From: Macrostomum hystrix
Taxonomy: Eukaryota > Animalia > Platyhelminthes
DNA: 64,000 nucleotides
Reading direction: 5' to 3'
NCBI GenBank assembly: GCA_950097015.1
Contig: CATNEN010000003.1
Location: 15,686,001 to 15,750,000 of the forward strand
A program made the position numbers and the translations under genes. Each line of letters starts with the position of its first letter. Within the stretch, counting starts at the first letter, position 1. The notes below the pieces were generated by a model. That model had not been told where the DNA came from. It worked only from the letters and a program-made list of their open reading frames with translations, and ran no database searches. This document shows, in pieces, positions 1-11,428 of the stretch.

Positions 1-137
1 CGTAGCGTTGACTTTTCTGGAAAAATTTTTAAAGAAGAAATATTAGTTTTTTTATGAATACATGATGTACATGCCTGTACATTGTACACAAAATATATTC
101 GTAAAAAAAACAAAACTGCTATAGTAAACAATCAACA

Positions 138-944
138 TCTAGATATTCAGCATCAACACCTAGATATTCAGCATCAACAGCTAGATATTCAGCATCAACA
201 CCTAGATATTCAGCATCAACACCTAGATATTCAGCATCAACAGCTAGATATTCAGCATCAACAGCTAGATATTCAGCATCAACACCTAGATATTCAGCAT
301 CAACAGCTAGATATTCAGCATCAACACCTAGATATTCAGCATCAATCAGCTAGATATTCAGCATCAACACCTAGATATTCAGCATCAACACCTAGATATT
401 CAGCATCAACACCTAGATATTCAGCAACAACACCTAGATATTCAGCATCAACACCTAGATATTCAGCATCAACAGCTAGATATTCAGCATCAACAGCTAG
501 ATATTCAGCATCAACACCTAGATATTCAGCATCAACACCTAGATATTCAGCATCAACACCTAGATATTCAGCATCAACAGCTAGATATTCAGCATCAACA
601 CCTAGATATTCAGCATCAACAGCTAGATATTCAGCATCAACACCTAGATATTCAGCATCAACAGCTAGATATTCAGCATCAACACCTAGATATTCAGCAT
701 CAACACCTAGATATTCAGCATCAACACCTAGATATTCAGCAACAACACCTAGATATTCAGCATCAACACCTAGATATTCAGCATCAACAGCTAGATATTC
801 AGCATCAACAGCTAGATATTCAGCATCAACACCTAGATATTCAGCATCAACACCTAGATATTCAGCATCAACACCTAGATATTCAGCATCAACAGCTAGA
901 TATTCAGCATCAACACCTAGATATTCAGCATCAACAGCTAGATA
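138..944. repeat. 21-bp minisatellite (CTAGATATTCAGCATCAACAC/G), about 38 copies, intronic in the PRPF3-like gene
   Basis: Direct tandem periodicity. The array ends about 12 nt from the minus-strand donor GTGAGT at 957-952. Confidence 0.97.
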
Positions 945-957
945 CTAAAGCACTCAC

Positions 958-1400
958 GCAGGCTGGGGTGCAGAGGTGGTGGCAGCAGACGAAGCAGCGG
1001 CTGTGACAGGCATGGAGCCGGCAGGAACAAATTTAGGAGCCATCGCAATGGCGGCAGAGGAGGCGGCTGCGGCGGCAGCAGCAGCAGCGGCAGCAGGCAT
1101 CAAAGGTGTAATATAAGCCGAGCCCACACCGCCACCATTGTTAGTGCTGGCAGCGGAATTTAAGGAATCCGGCTTTAAAATATTCTTAATACCAGCCGCC
1201 TGCAGTCTAGCCTGTATCTGAGCGTGTAGCTCGGAGGTGCGCTGAATAGCTGCTGCTGCTGCTGCTGCTGCGGCAGCCGCTGCTACGATTGGCTGCTGCT
1301 GCTGAGTCTGCTGCGGAATAGGTTGCTGCTGCTGCTGTTGTTGCTGGTCTTGTGTAGTTTGCTGTTGCCAACCACTACTTCTAGTTGTACTTTGAGCCAT
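958..1400 (-). CDS. PRPF3: First coding exon of a probable U4/U6 snRNP protein Prp3; gene continues off the left edge
   Basis: ATG at 1400, donor GC|GTGAGT after 958. IQRTSELHAQIQARL and AIAMAPK resemble the PRPF3 segments ARKAAELQARIQAQL and MGIAPPK as recalled. Mostly low-complexity, so the identity is tentative. Confidence 0.5.
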
Positions 1401-1574
1401 GATTTATTATTGGATTTCTTTCTTTAGCTGTGTGTAGGTAGGTCTGTAAGGAAGAGTAGACAAGTAGACAAGTTGCTTATCAAGCCATGATATAATGCCG
1501 GTACACATTTTTATTTATAATGTTTGTTATCTCCTATTCTGAGATATTCTTTATCCTTGAACCATTATTCTGAA

Positions 1575-1780
1575 GGCGGCGTACGGCTGTTCAATCCATG
1601 GACGGGCGGGACACCAGACCCACTATCAATTACCCCGGCCGATGCTGGTACCAATTTAACAGCTGAGTGAACTGAAGCAAATCAGAGTTAGTTGAGTTGC
1701 TAAAGGCCACAAATTGTTACAAAAGAGTGGGGAATCGAACCCCCGACCGCCAAGTACAAAGCTCTAGCAAATAGGCTAAA
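1575..1780 (-). mobile_element. tRNA-derived SINE, family B (degenerate)
   Basis: Matches 10895-11110 (GCGTACGGCTGTTCA.TCCATGGAC...AGCTG.GTGAACTGA...GGAATCGAA); B-box GTTCGATTCC on the minus strand. Confidence 0.8.
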
Positions 1781-2351
1781 GCCCCTTTGGGTCGCGAGTT
1801 CGAGTCCTGAGCACACCTTCCTTCATCTATTAACAATGAGAGCCAGCCAAATCTGAGGTTTCTTAAATTTAGTCTTAAAAAACCATTAAATCCATTAAAT
1901 CTACACTCTACTCTGACTACTAAGAGTAAAATTAGAGTTCTACGCCGGTTTTTAAGAAATAATGAATGTGTTTACTTTTATTGAAAATAAAATACGCACA
2001 AAATTAAGACCGGGCTTCATTAAACAACGAACTTTGTATTTTAGGAAAAATGTTCTTTAATACAGAAAATAATGTATTATAATGCGTTGTAAGAAAACAA
2101 ATGCGCTAACCAATATGACACTGAACAATGGTTGCAGATAATAGAACCTTTATTAACAACTTTGAAATTTTATCAACGGAACAATTACTTCTTATAAAAA
2201 ATAGCTTAAACTACTAAAATAAATACTATCACCACAATTAATAAATCACCAATAAGCAGTAAACGTTATTTCATTGAAGACGAGAATTATTAAAAAATAT
2301 GACAACCACAACTTATGGACAGTAATTAAGTTCAGCGAAGGTGCCATCAAA

Positions 2352-3989
2352 TCAATTCTTGGTAAAGAATGACGTCAAAGAAGTCTGCTTAGCTCCGCCA
2401 GATTTTCCGCCAGCGTTGCGCTGCTTTTTAACAGGTCCAGACACAGGATTGGAAGCCTTAGACACTGGTGCCGTTACAGATTTAGTCGACTTATCTTCCT
2501 GTTTATCTTCATCTTTAACTTTTTGATCGACATTATTCTCGGCAGCTGCAACATTGTCGTCGTTGTCATCTTCGGAGAATGCTTCGGCAACATTCTCGGT
2601 GACCAAGTAGCCTTCATCATTGACAAATGTTCGAACAACGTTGCGCACACCTCGACGCCTGCGCGGACCGCTACTAGGCAATGGGGCGACAGTCTTTGTC
2701 TTGTTGTCTTTGTTTGGACTATCGTCAGAATCGCTGCTGTTGCTGTTATTTTTGTCGGCCACTGACGCAGCAGCTGTAGGCGTCTCTGGCACCAAAACTA
2801 CAGCCTGTTTAACTGAACGCCTTGGAGTTCTCTTTTTCGATGTTGCTTTAGCGGATTTCTTGGCTACCTCTTTTTCATCTTCATCGTCGCTGCTGCTGCT
2901 GAAAGTCATAATTCGACGACGTTTCTGGTTAGTAGTGGCAGGAGCTTGGGACTTACGTTTACGACTGCCACCACGCTTGTCCTCATCATCTTCTTCAGCC
3001 ACAGCTTCCTCATCACTGCTGCTTAGCACGGCTACTTTCTTCTTCTGTTGCGTTTCTTTAGTTGCAGTCTTCTGCTTCTGTTGTTGCTGTTTGCTATTCT
3101 TGACATTCGAAGATTTTTTTGAATTGGCAGTATTTGATGAAGAAAAATTGTCACTATCCTGATCTGCATCTTCTTCGTTATTTTGTTCTTCTTGTTCTGG
3201 CTCAGATTCTGAAGAGGACAGACCAGTTCGGCGACGTTTTCCTTTGTCAACATTTGACGATGACAAAGATTTTGACTTCTTCTGTTGCGACTGAGCTGCA
3301 GCGGTTTTGGGCTTCTGTGTCGTAACATTTGTCAGCTTTTTATTGGCCGCAGCAACAGCGGCAGCAGCAGCCTCAGATGCGGTGGCTTTTGCAGTAAAAA
3401 AGCTGCCAATATTAGCTCCCGCAGATTTAGCATTTTTCTTGCTCGTCAGATGCTGCTGCTTTTGCGGCGGCTTCTGCTGTTGCTCTGGTTCAGGCCCAGC
3501 TTGTTCCGCGGCATTATCTTCAGAAGCAGTGGCCTTCTTGGAAACTGGTTCTGATTCTTTAAATGACTTTGTAGGTTCTACTTTCTTTGTCGCGGGTTGA
3601 GGTGGAACGACGGCTTTTGTAGGTACAGTGGCTGGAGCAGAAGATGCAGCAGGAGCAGCAGCAGAAGCAGGTCTATTTTGATTATTTCTTCTACGATCCC
3701 TTGGCTTGGCTTCGTCAGAAACTAAAGGCTTAACTCCAGAAATCTCTGCTTCACTAAGACCAGTAAATTTCACCATTAGCCTTTGTAGGGCTTGAGCCTC
3801 AGGGGAGCCATTACCTTCAGCAACACCAATCAGACTTTTCGGATCAACAGGCTGACTAAAGCAAGCATGAAGATTTGCAGCTAGTGCTGGCAGGTCAGCT
3901 TCAGAAACAAGGCAAACTTGTTCACAGTCGGCATCATTAGAATCCTTGGGGCCCTGTAGGCCAGTAAAATACATCAGCTTTAGTGACAT
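2352..3989 (-). CDS. POLD3: DNA polymerase delta subunit 3 (p66/Cdc27/Pol32-like)
   Basis: 545-aa ORF with C-terminal PIP box KQTSLTSFF, conserved TFVNDEGYLVTE motif, internal NIGSFF (RIR-like) and a long disordered basic/acidic linker. Acceptor TTTCAG at 4037-4032 with the frame open to the ATG. Confidence 0.85.
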   Translation of the reverse strand: MSLKLMYFTGLQGPKDSNDADCEQVCLVSEADLPALAANLHACFSQPVDPKSLIGVAEGNGSPEAQALQRLMVKFTGLSEAEISGVKPLVSDEAKPRDRRRNNQNRPASAAAPAASSAPATVPTKAVVPPQPATKKVEPTKSFKESEPVSKKATASEDNAAEQAGPEPEQQQKPPQKQQHLTSKKNAKSAGANIGSFFTAKATASEAAAAAVAAANKKLTNVTTQKPKTAAAQSQQKKSKSLSSSNVDKGKRRRTGLSSSESEPEQEEQNNEEDADQDSDNFSSSNTANSKKSSNVKNSKQQQQKQKTATKETQQKKKVAVLSSSDEEAVAEEDDEDKRGGSRKRKSQAPATTNQKRRRIMTFSSSSDDEDEKEVAKKSAKATSKKRTPRRSVKQAVVLVPETPTAAASVADKNNSNSSDSDDSPNKDNKTKTVAPLPSSGPRRRRGVRNVVRTFVNDEGYLVTENVAEAFSEDDNDDNVAAAENNVDQKVKDEDKQEDKSTKSVTAPVSKASNPVSGPVKKQRNAGGKSGGAKQTSLTSFFTKN

Positions 3990-5624
3990 TTTAGTGTTTT
4001 TTATCTTAAATTTGTTATTTGTTGAAAGTCTCTGAAATAAAGCAAGAAGTAAATTTCCTTAACTGGCAATATTATCACTGCACATTTTACTGCTGTATTA
4101 TATATTCTCCTCAATGATTAATTAAAAATTGACATATTTTGGGTCAGATGTGCAGCTGACTATACAATTCCATGTCAAAATGGCCACACCTCAAAATTTA
4201 TACATTTGCCGCAAAAATACAATTTTTTTTAATTACAAATAATTCAAGAATTACAATACAATTACATTCACAGAATTTCTTATATAAGGACAAACAATAG
4301 GCCTAAGGAAAAATTGTAATGGGCTCAATAATGTAAACATTTACACAAGTCCAAAACAACAATTCATATAAACTTACAATTAAATGAAACTACAACACTT
4401 AGGATTATTACGAGGGGTGTCCAAAAAGTAGTGATACTTTTGCTTGTAGAGCCTTACTGCATGCTTGAAAATCAGCAAGTTTGGTGTTGTTGGAAAGCGA
4501 AAAATATAGCCCTCGTAGGTCTAGCCCAACATTACACAATTTTTTTATGGAAAAACATACAAGTTGCTCCATGGGTTCCTTTGTGTTATCTATCCATTTT
4601 GTCAAACAACCAATGTCTGTTTTGGTTGTTTGTTTTGATATGTACTGAAATATAAATATAGCATAGCTAGGCTAAGAAAGAACAAAGACAAAAAAATTAT
4701 GCTTGAGATGTTGTTTGACACCAAATATAAAAAATTAGTTGTTTGAGTAATTGTGATTTTTTGTATAGAGAGATACTTAGCCTTTAGAAGAATATATTAG
4801 ACTAAAAAGATTAAAAGCTATACACCTAAGATTACTGGTGATGCCTTTGGCTTTGTATCTTTGTGAGGTAACATAGAGTTTTAAACAAAAATCTAAAAAG
4901 TGACAAATGCAGGCCACTAACCAGAAAATTTAGGCCTTTCTAGAGATGGGTAGCTACATTGTCATTTCTACATAATATAATGACATAGATCTTTAAATAT
5001 ATATTAAGGGTTTATATTTAAGATTAAAGATTATGAATAATCTTTCAGTTTAGGCCTAGCAATTCTTAAAAATATTCTCTTCAATCATTAGTAGACCACA
5101 GGGATTGTGTAGGCTTAGAAATTTAGGGGCCAGTGAAAAGAAGTAAATAATTTATAATACATTATTAAAAAACCAAGTTTTGATTTCTTTACTACAGGAG
5201 TACAGTACAGCCAGGTTTAAATTAATAATTAAAAAAACAATAAAGCAGAAAATGGCAAGACTAGCAACACAGATCACCACTAGACATTATAATTAACTGT
5301 TTCAGTTTAAGGGATCAAGAAAGGAAAAGCTACATTTATTAGTCTCCCAAAACTAAAATATGGAAAATCTTAATTAACAAGATTATGCAGCTAAGGCTCA
5401 GTTACTACTGATGTTAGTACTGATTCTGTAGAGTGATGTTCTGTTGATACTTAGCTGCAGAGAAATTTAGATCTGAATTTTACTCCTGGCCCACATTGTT
5501 TTGGTTTAGAAAAACTTGTAAAAAACATAGCACTGGTTCTTTTATCTATAAATAGGCCTAGCATCGCAGGCCTATGTATATTGAGGTTGCAGGCTTTACC
5601 CCTATGCCTTTACCCCTATTTAAG

Positions 5625-7763
5625 GCCGTGACAGAGGGCACAGCGCGTGCTGTGTCCAGTTTCGCGATGCAGCGCTTTCTTTCCTCTGCGACATCACAGT
5701 GGAAAGCCATCGAGGAGGCCTATGCTGAGCTGCACGCTGCGTTCGTTTCTGAGGGATTCGACTGCTCAAACAACGCGCCGCTTCAGTACGAGCTTTTTGG
5801 AAGTGACTTTGCTTTTGATCTTTTGTGCCTGCTCGACCTCGTAGAGCCAATCTGCGCCTTGATGTCACTTGCCCAGGTTTGTATTTTTTATTGTATTCTA
5901 ATTTTTATTAGCTCGTATATTGTCTATTTGTGCACAACACACAACACTTAATACCACTTGAGTGTAATTCTAGGGGATTTACAATCAGTATGCCCCCCTC
6001 TCAGGACACCCAGCTGCCACACTGGAAGGTGGCTACCATGTGGCGGCGGGTCGCGGATTTTCTGCACGATCGCAGTCAGGTCTTCCGCAAGGAAGACTAT
6101 CCGCGATACGCGCGTGTTGCCGATAACATCCACCCTGACGGCTCCTTTCGTGGCGTGCCGCTGCTTGAAGGGTGGTTGATCGAAATCAGGACTGATGCTG
6201 CACATGGAGCTGGCGCTGGCGACTCTGCTGGCCCTGGTTCCGCTAAAGGCAATGTCAACCCAGAAGTCGGCGGCAATCAGCGACGACAGAGACGACCGGA
6301 TCAATCCGTAATCTGGCGTGTTCGAGATCAGCAGGTAACTCAGTTGGCCATTGTACTTGTACCTTATATTCAGACCAGGCCTTGATTTGTTCCCCCGTTG
6401 TTTCCCATCAGGACTTGGAGGCCGAGATGGTGGCGCTCGCCGCGGCCCTGCACCGTACGTTCGTGGACAGAATGGGGCGCTGCCTCGATCGCAGTCTCGA
6501 GGACTGCGCATCCATGGACATTGCCACGGCGGTCGCCACGCTGGCGTGTCCCACGTCTCTGGTGGACGTCGAGCGTCTATGCCGCTCGCCCGCTGCTGAG
6601 CGGCTGGTCAAACAGGCGTGCGAATTTTCGCACCTGCAAGACCTCGAGCCGATTTTGTCGCGGAAGTACGTGGCCGATTTTGTAGACACGATCAAGCACG
6701 TGAGTCTTTCTAAACAAAACTAATTTAACAAATTATTTTATTAAATACTCCTTTCTTAAGCCCTAATAAAAAATCGAAGAATTTGTGTATCTGCAGAACG
6801 ATTGCAGCTTTTGAATGAGCCATGATGCAGCTCTCTACACTCAGCTAATTCCTCAATCAATAGCGATTTATTTTTGGCGTTAGTTCACTCTTGTCAATCA
6901 TCTTGAGGGTTCGCTAGGGGTCGCGAACCCTCGATTTGGGCAGGTAGGTCGTGTAATTGAAAGTGCTCTCTTTATATTCCAAAATTTCAAACAGGTACTT
7001 TATTCGGGAGAAGGGCGTGATGGCTGGCTCGAACCAAACGTCGAGGGTCCCTTTCGGTGCCTTCGTGTTCTCCCACCGCGACATCCGGCTGACTTTAAGA
7101 CCCGCCTGACAGTCACGAAGGACGACGACTCCGTCGTCGAGGTCGCGCTAGACGAAGAGGCTGTCCTCAAGTCGTTTTACGCCGACACCTCCGTGTACTG
7201 TCGCGCTGGGCAATCAGCTTGCGCCTTGTTGGACTTTGCGCTTAATCGTGGTGGTACTGGTAAGACTTTATTTCTCTGACATTATGGTGTAGATCAGGTG
7301 AGCCTACATAAAAAATTAACAGTAGAACTACCAAAGAACCTTATTTGTTTTCCTACACTTAAACAGATTATTTATTCACTCTAGTTACGTTTTTAAATGA
7401 ACCAATTATACTGCAAATGGGTCTCTTATAAAACACATACTCTGAACAGAGGCCATTGCCGAGTCGTTCTACGGAACCATGCGCTCACAGCAAAAGTACG
7501 GCGGGCAAGCCAACGAGGTCCTGCAGCGTCGTACTAAGCTGAAATGGATGCTGCCTCCCCTGGGTAGCGACGCCTGTGAGCGGTTTCTAGACGAGGCGGT
7601 GAAATTGTACTTCAGAGGCGACGTAAAGCGCGGCATCCGCAAGCACCGCGTGCCGTACTTCGTCTCAAACCGAGCCACGCACTACATCATCAGCAAAGTT
7701 GTTGATCGTCGCAAAAGTTTAACATCCCGCAGCGACTTTGTCGGCGCAAAGCGTGACTGTTAA
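5625..7763 (+). mobile_element. Spliced, 5'-incomplete DNA-transposase-like gene (possibly hAT/ZNF862-like C-terminal half). Exons 5625-5876, 6005-6334, 6412-6699, 6995-7259, 7450-7763
   Basis: GC-rich exons joined by four GT-AG introns with consistent phase and no stops. C-terminal LLDFALNRGGTEAIAESFYGTM resembles the hAT C-terminal motif. Family assignment is inference. Confidence 0.5.
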
Positions 7764-8027
7764 CTGCCTCTACTGTCTACCGAACATAACTATTCTTTTG
7801 CCAATTTGCCGTACATGCTTCTAGGAACGTCCAGTGTCAGGATAGGTGCTGTGGATTTCTGTGGGAGTGAGAACATAATGTAAGTGCAAATTTTGCTTGG
7901 CGTATTTTCGTGAGCGACATAAATCTGCTGGCGTACATTGGCGTACAGGAGCTAGGGAATCAAATTTCATTCCGGCGTACACCAGTACACGATCCTGACA
8001 CTGGGTTGCAGCCAAGGGAAGTTGAAG

Positions 8028-8080
8028 CATGGTTACAACATTGGACTCACAAATTGAAGGTCAAGGGTTTGATTCCTGAA
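8028..8080 (+). mobile_element. Degenerate SINE family B tRNA-like head fragment
   Basis: ATGGTTACAACATTGGACTCACAAATTGAAGGTCAAGGGTTTGATTCCTGA aligns with 34564-34613. Confidence 0.55.
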
Positions 8081-9379
8081 GTAGGCCAATCCGATGGCTT
8101 TTATCCTAAAGATTGGCAAGTAGGCCTTGATTAATGGGTTAGAACCATATATATTAAATCTTAAACATTAGGGTAATGTATCATCAACTGAACAGTGTAT
8201 CGTCAAAACTGAACAAGAATTTTGACTCCTTCCTTGGTCTTGTGCAAGACAGAAACAAGCTATTGTGTTTCACAGAACAACTAATTTGAAAGTCAAAGAA
8301 ATTATCTACAAGCTGAGGCATGATGTGCAATGAAGCATTAAGATTAAAGAAATATATTGATGTTTCAGTAGAATTTTTTATTGCAAAAGCATACTTTTTG
8401 ACAACATTTTTTCAGTATGTACTTTATATGAATATTGTATGTGATTGCTTGCCAATTAAATGACTATAAATGTAGTTATTTATAGAGCAAGAAAAATGCT
8501 TTCAAATGACATAATTCATGATAGTTCACTCCTTAAAATAAGATTAAACCACTCACTGAAATTGTAAAACCGAACATCAAATTCTCCATTTGGTTTGAAG
8601 ATACATGAAAATCATTGTTTGGCTTTAGATGAAAAGCAGGAATAACTTTTTTCTATATTTGACAAAATAGCAAAAGCATATACTTTTTAGAAAGATGTAA
8701 CTGTTTTCTATAACTTGGCTTTTCATTTATTATCATATCTTATATAGAAAATCTGTAGCTTAGGTTTGAAGTAAAATAAAATACACATTCTTGTTTGGTT
8801 GATGATACATTACCCTAGGCCTAGGCCTAGTAGTTAGTTAAACCTTCAATGCTTTTGAGATAAAACTGTAGTGCGATTGCAAATAAACATGTACTTTATC
8901 ATTTATTAAATAAGAACTTCCATAGGCCCTAGCACAACTAAGCAGATAGCAACACTAACATAGCTCAACTAAATACACTCTTATTAGCTCTTAGGTTAGA
9001 AGACTAGTAAAAATTAACTCAAATGGTCAAGCTACAAGCAGAGGTCAAGGCTTTAAGGCCCCTATAAAAACAAACTCTGAGAAGTTTTAAAGTTAAGAAC
9101 AAGGTCACTCACTCTATGAAAGGTATTTGTGGAGCCATATCATAACGCGCATAATTTGGTGTTTCAGATTAACTGATAGAGAAAATAAAAATGAATTTAT
9201 AATCTATGGCAGCCTAACTTATTAATATAAACCCTATCTTGCCTTAAATGACTAAAATGTGTTTTTAAGTGCAATAAAGATTTATTTATTATTCCTTATA
9301 AAGGATTCCTTATGTTTGTTCCATATATAATTTGTTTAAACAGTTTCCTATATTTCTTTTAAAATGTTCACTTGCGTAT

Positions 9380-9417
9380 CAAGGACCACTAGAATCTTCT
9401 TAATCTAGTGGTCCTTG
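9380..9417. mobile_element. 38-bp minimal TIR element (micro-MITE) with 8-bp TSD
   Basis: Perfect 14-bp TIR CAAGGACCACTAGA / TCTAGTGGTCCTTG with a 10-nt spacer, flanked by TTGCGTAT at 9372-9379 and 9418-9425. Confidence 0.8.
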
Positions 9418-9453
9418 TTGCGTATTCGTTTATACGACGGGAGAAAGAAAGAA

Positions 9454-9505
9454 TAAGGACCACTGTTACTATAAAACTATTGCTAGTAGACTACAGTGGT
9501 CCTTG
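9454..9505. mobile_element. Second related short TIR element (AAGGACCACTGT...ACAGTGGTCCTT)
   Basis: 12-bp perfect inverted repeat sharing the same terminus as the 9380 element; no clear TSD. Confidence 0.6.
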
Positions 9506-10848
9506 CTCAGAAGATAATGCAACAGCTTATGCTTATGCTGAGCAGCTTGGCCTAGAGATTAAAGGAATGATCCGTAGCAGGAGAATGAAAATGAGGCCAA
9601 CAACTCGGTTGACTTAAGGATCCATAGGGGTAGCAATAAGTTATGATCTGATTTCCAAATGCTGGGCCACATTTAAACTAAAAGATATTCATAACCAAAT
9701 ATCTCGCCAAATAATATTTTTTACTCAACCAGCCCAAAATTGCCTTCGCGCGTCGCGTTAGAACATTTCTCGATGGTAGCTACCAGCGGTTTGCTAAATT
9801 CTTAAGAGCGGAGTTGAGAAGATAATTTTCATAAATTAAACTTTTTTAGCCAACAACACTAATATCCCACGTAAAAATATAAGCAGAAAAAATTAACAAA
9901 GCAGCATGCAGTATTGGCTCTATTAACTTCCAAAATTTGTAATACCTGCATTGGACAGGCTTTTCATTAAGTCGTACATTAGCTTTTTTATTACTCTTCA
10001 TTTAAAGGCAATCCTAATTCATTATTTATGAGTAGCTATAGCAACCTACACCAAACATCCATGCGCCGAAGCCCAGGCAGATTTTTCCACTTCAACGCCT
10101 TTTGCTAATTGGATAAAATAAACTGCATCGCACGAAGCAGAAATTATGAATTCTGTGAATCAAAATTGTGTGAATCAAGATCACATGTCGCTAGTAAGTT
10201 TGATAGAACTCGTGTCAGCTGAGCTCAGAATTTCTAGGAAACTGTCAGGAAGGTGGGGTAGTGTAAACAGCCAGCAATTTCGGCCAGAAGCAAACAGATA
10301 GTAACGGCAGGTCGACTTCTCCCAGCAGTTCAGGGCGCAGTGTGTCGCCGATCTGACAGGCAGAGCTGGGCGCAGCAGTGTGCTGGTGGCAGACAGTGCC
10401 GGGTATAATCTATACTGCTGCGTCAAAGCAGCGTTGAATGGTAGTCGAATTCCCAGGTTCGTGACTGAAATTTTGTTTATTTAATGTGCGTTTACGAAAT
10501 GCCTTATCAAAATAAATTTCGCCGGCAGTCAATAAAGATAAGCAGTGGCTTTCTGAGCTACAACTCACTAGCAAAGATGTCAATTTCGCAAAGATTTATC
10601 ACAAAATCAGCTAAGCCGGAGGTGTTCTAGTAGATGGTAAAATACCTGCCCTCGATTGGCTCAGAGCAGGTGATATTGATCGGGTTGTTCGAACTGGTGG
10701 GTACCGCTCCAAAGTACGCGCACAGCCTAAACATACTCAAGTTGAAACTCGTCCACACAGTCGGGTTGTACGATCCCACTGTGATTGCAATCATATTTGT
10801 TTTCCATTATTTTTATTCAAATGCAGGTCTGCATAAATTGGGCCAGAC

Positions 10849-11110
10849 GTGCAGCCGACAGCACAGCCGCAGCAACCGTTGCGCGGCATATCTGAAGCCT
10901 GCGTACGGCTGTTCAGTCCATGGACTGGGGGGTAGGCGGCACACCTATCCTCATTTACCCCAGCTAATGCTGGTGCCCATTTAATAGCTGGGTGAACTGA
11001 TGCAATGCAGAGTTAAGCGTCTTGCTAAAGGACACAAATGGTTCCAGTGAGGTCAGGAATCGAATCCCCGACCTTCAAGTCGGGACTCCGACGCTCTAAC
11101 CACTAGGCTA
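10849..11110 (-). mobile_element. tRNA-derived SINE family B with CORE-like domain, near full length, intronic in the lectin pseudogene
   Basis: Minus strand reads TAGCCTAGTGGTTAGAGCG (A box) ... GATTCGATTCC (B box), then TGTGTCCTTTAGCAAGACGCTTAACTCTGC...AAATGGG resembling the MIR CORE. Several copies occur in the window. Confidence 0.85.
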
Positions 11111-11428
11111 CAACCCCTTCACTAGGCTACAAACCCTTCACTAGGCTACAACCCCTTCACTAGGCTACAACCCCTTCACTAGGCTACAACCCCTACACTA
11201 GGCTACAACCCGTTCACTGAGCTACAACCCGTTCACTGAGCTACAACCCGTTCACTGAGCTACAACCCGTTCACTGAGCTACAACCCGTTCACTGAGCTA
11301 CAACCCGTTCACTGAGCTACAACCCGTTCACTGAGCTACAATCCGTTCACTGAGCTACAACCCGTTCACTGAGCTACAACCCGTTCACTGAGCTACAACC
11401 CGTTCACTGAGCTACAACCCGTTCACTA
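11101..11428. repeat. 19-bp minisatellite (ACTAGGCTACAACCCCTTC grading to ACTGAGCTACAACCCGTTC)
   Basis: Tandem periodicity; the first unit overlaps the 5' end of the SINE. Confidence 0.95.

Noticed and set aside
82-948. 288-aa repetitive ORF (HLDIQHQ / SASTPRY, superficially like the Pol II CTD)
   Set aside because: Translation of a 21-bp intronic minisatellite on the strand opposite the host gene, with a frame switch in mid-array.
2523-3600. Plus-strand ORFs overlapping POLD3
   Set aside because: Antisense shadows of a low-complexity coding region.
10627-10629. In-frame TAG as stop-codon readthrough or recoding
   Set aside because: The same gene also has a frameshift, and no other gene here needs TAG read as sense. 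Pseudogenisation is simpler.
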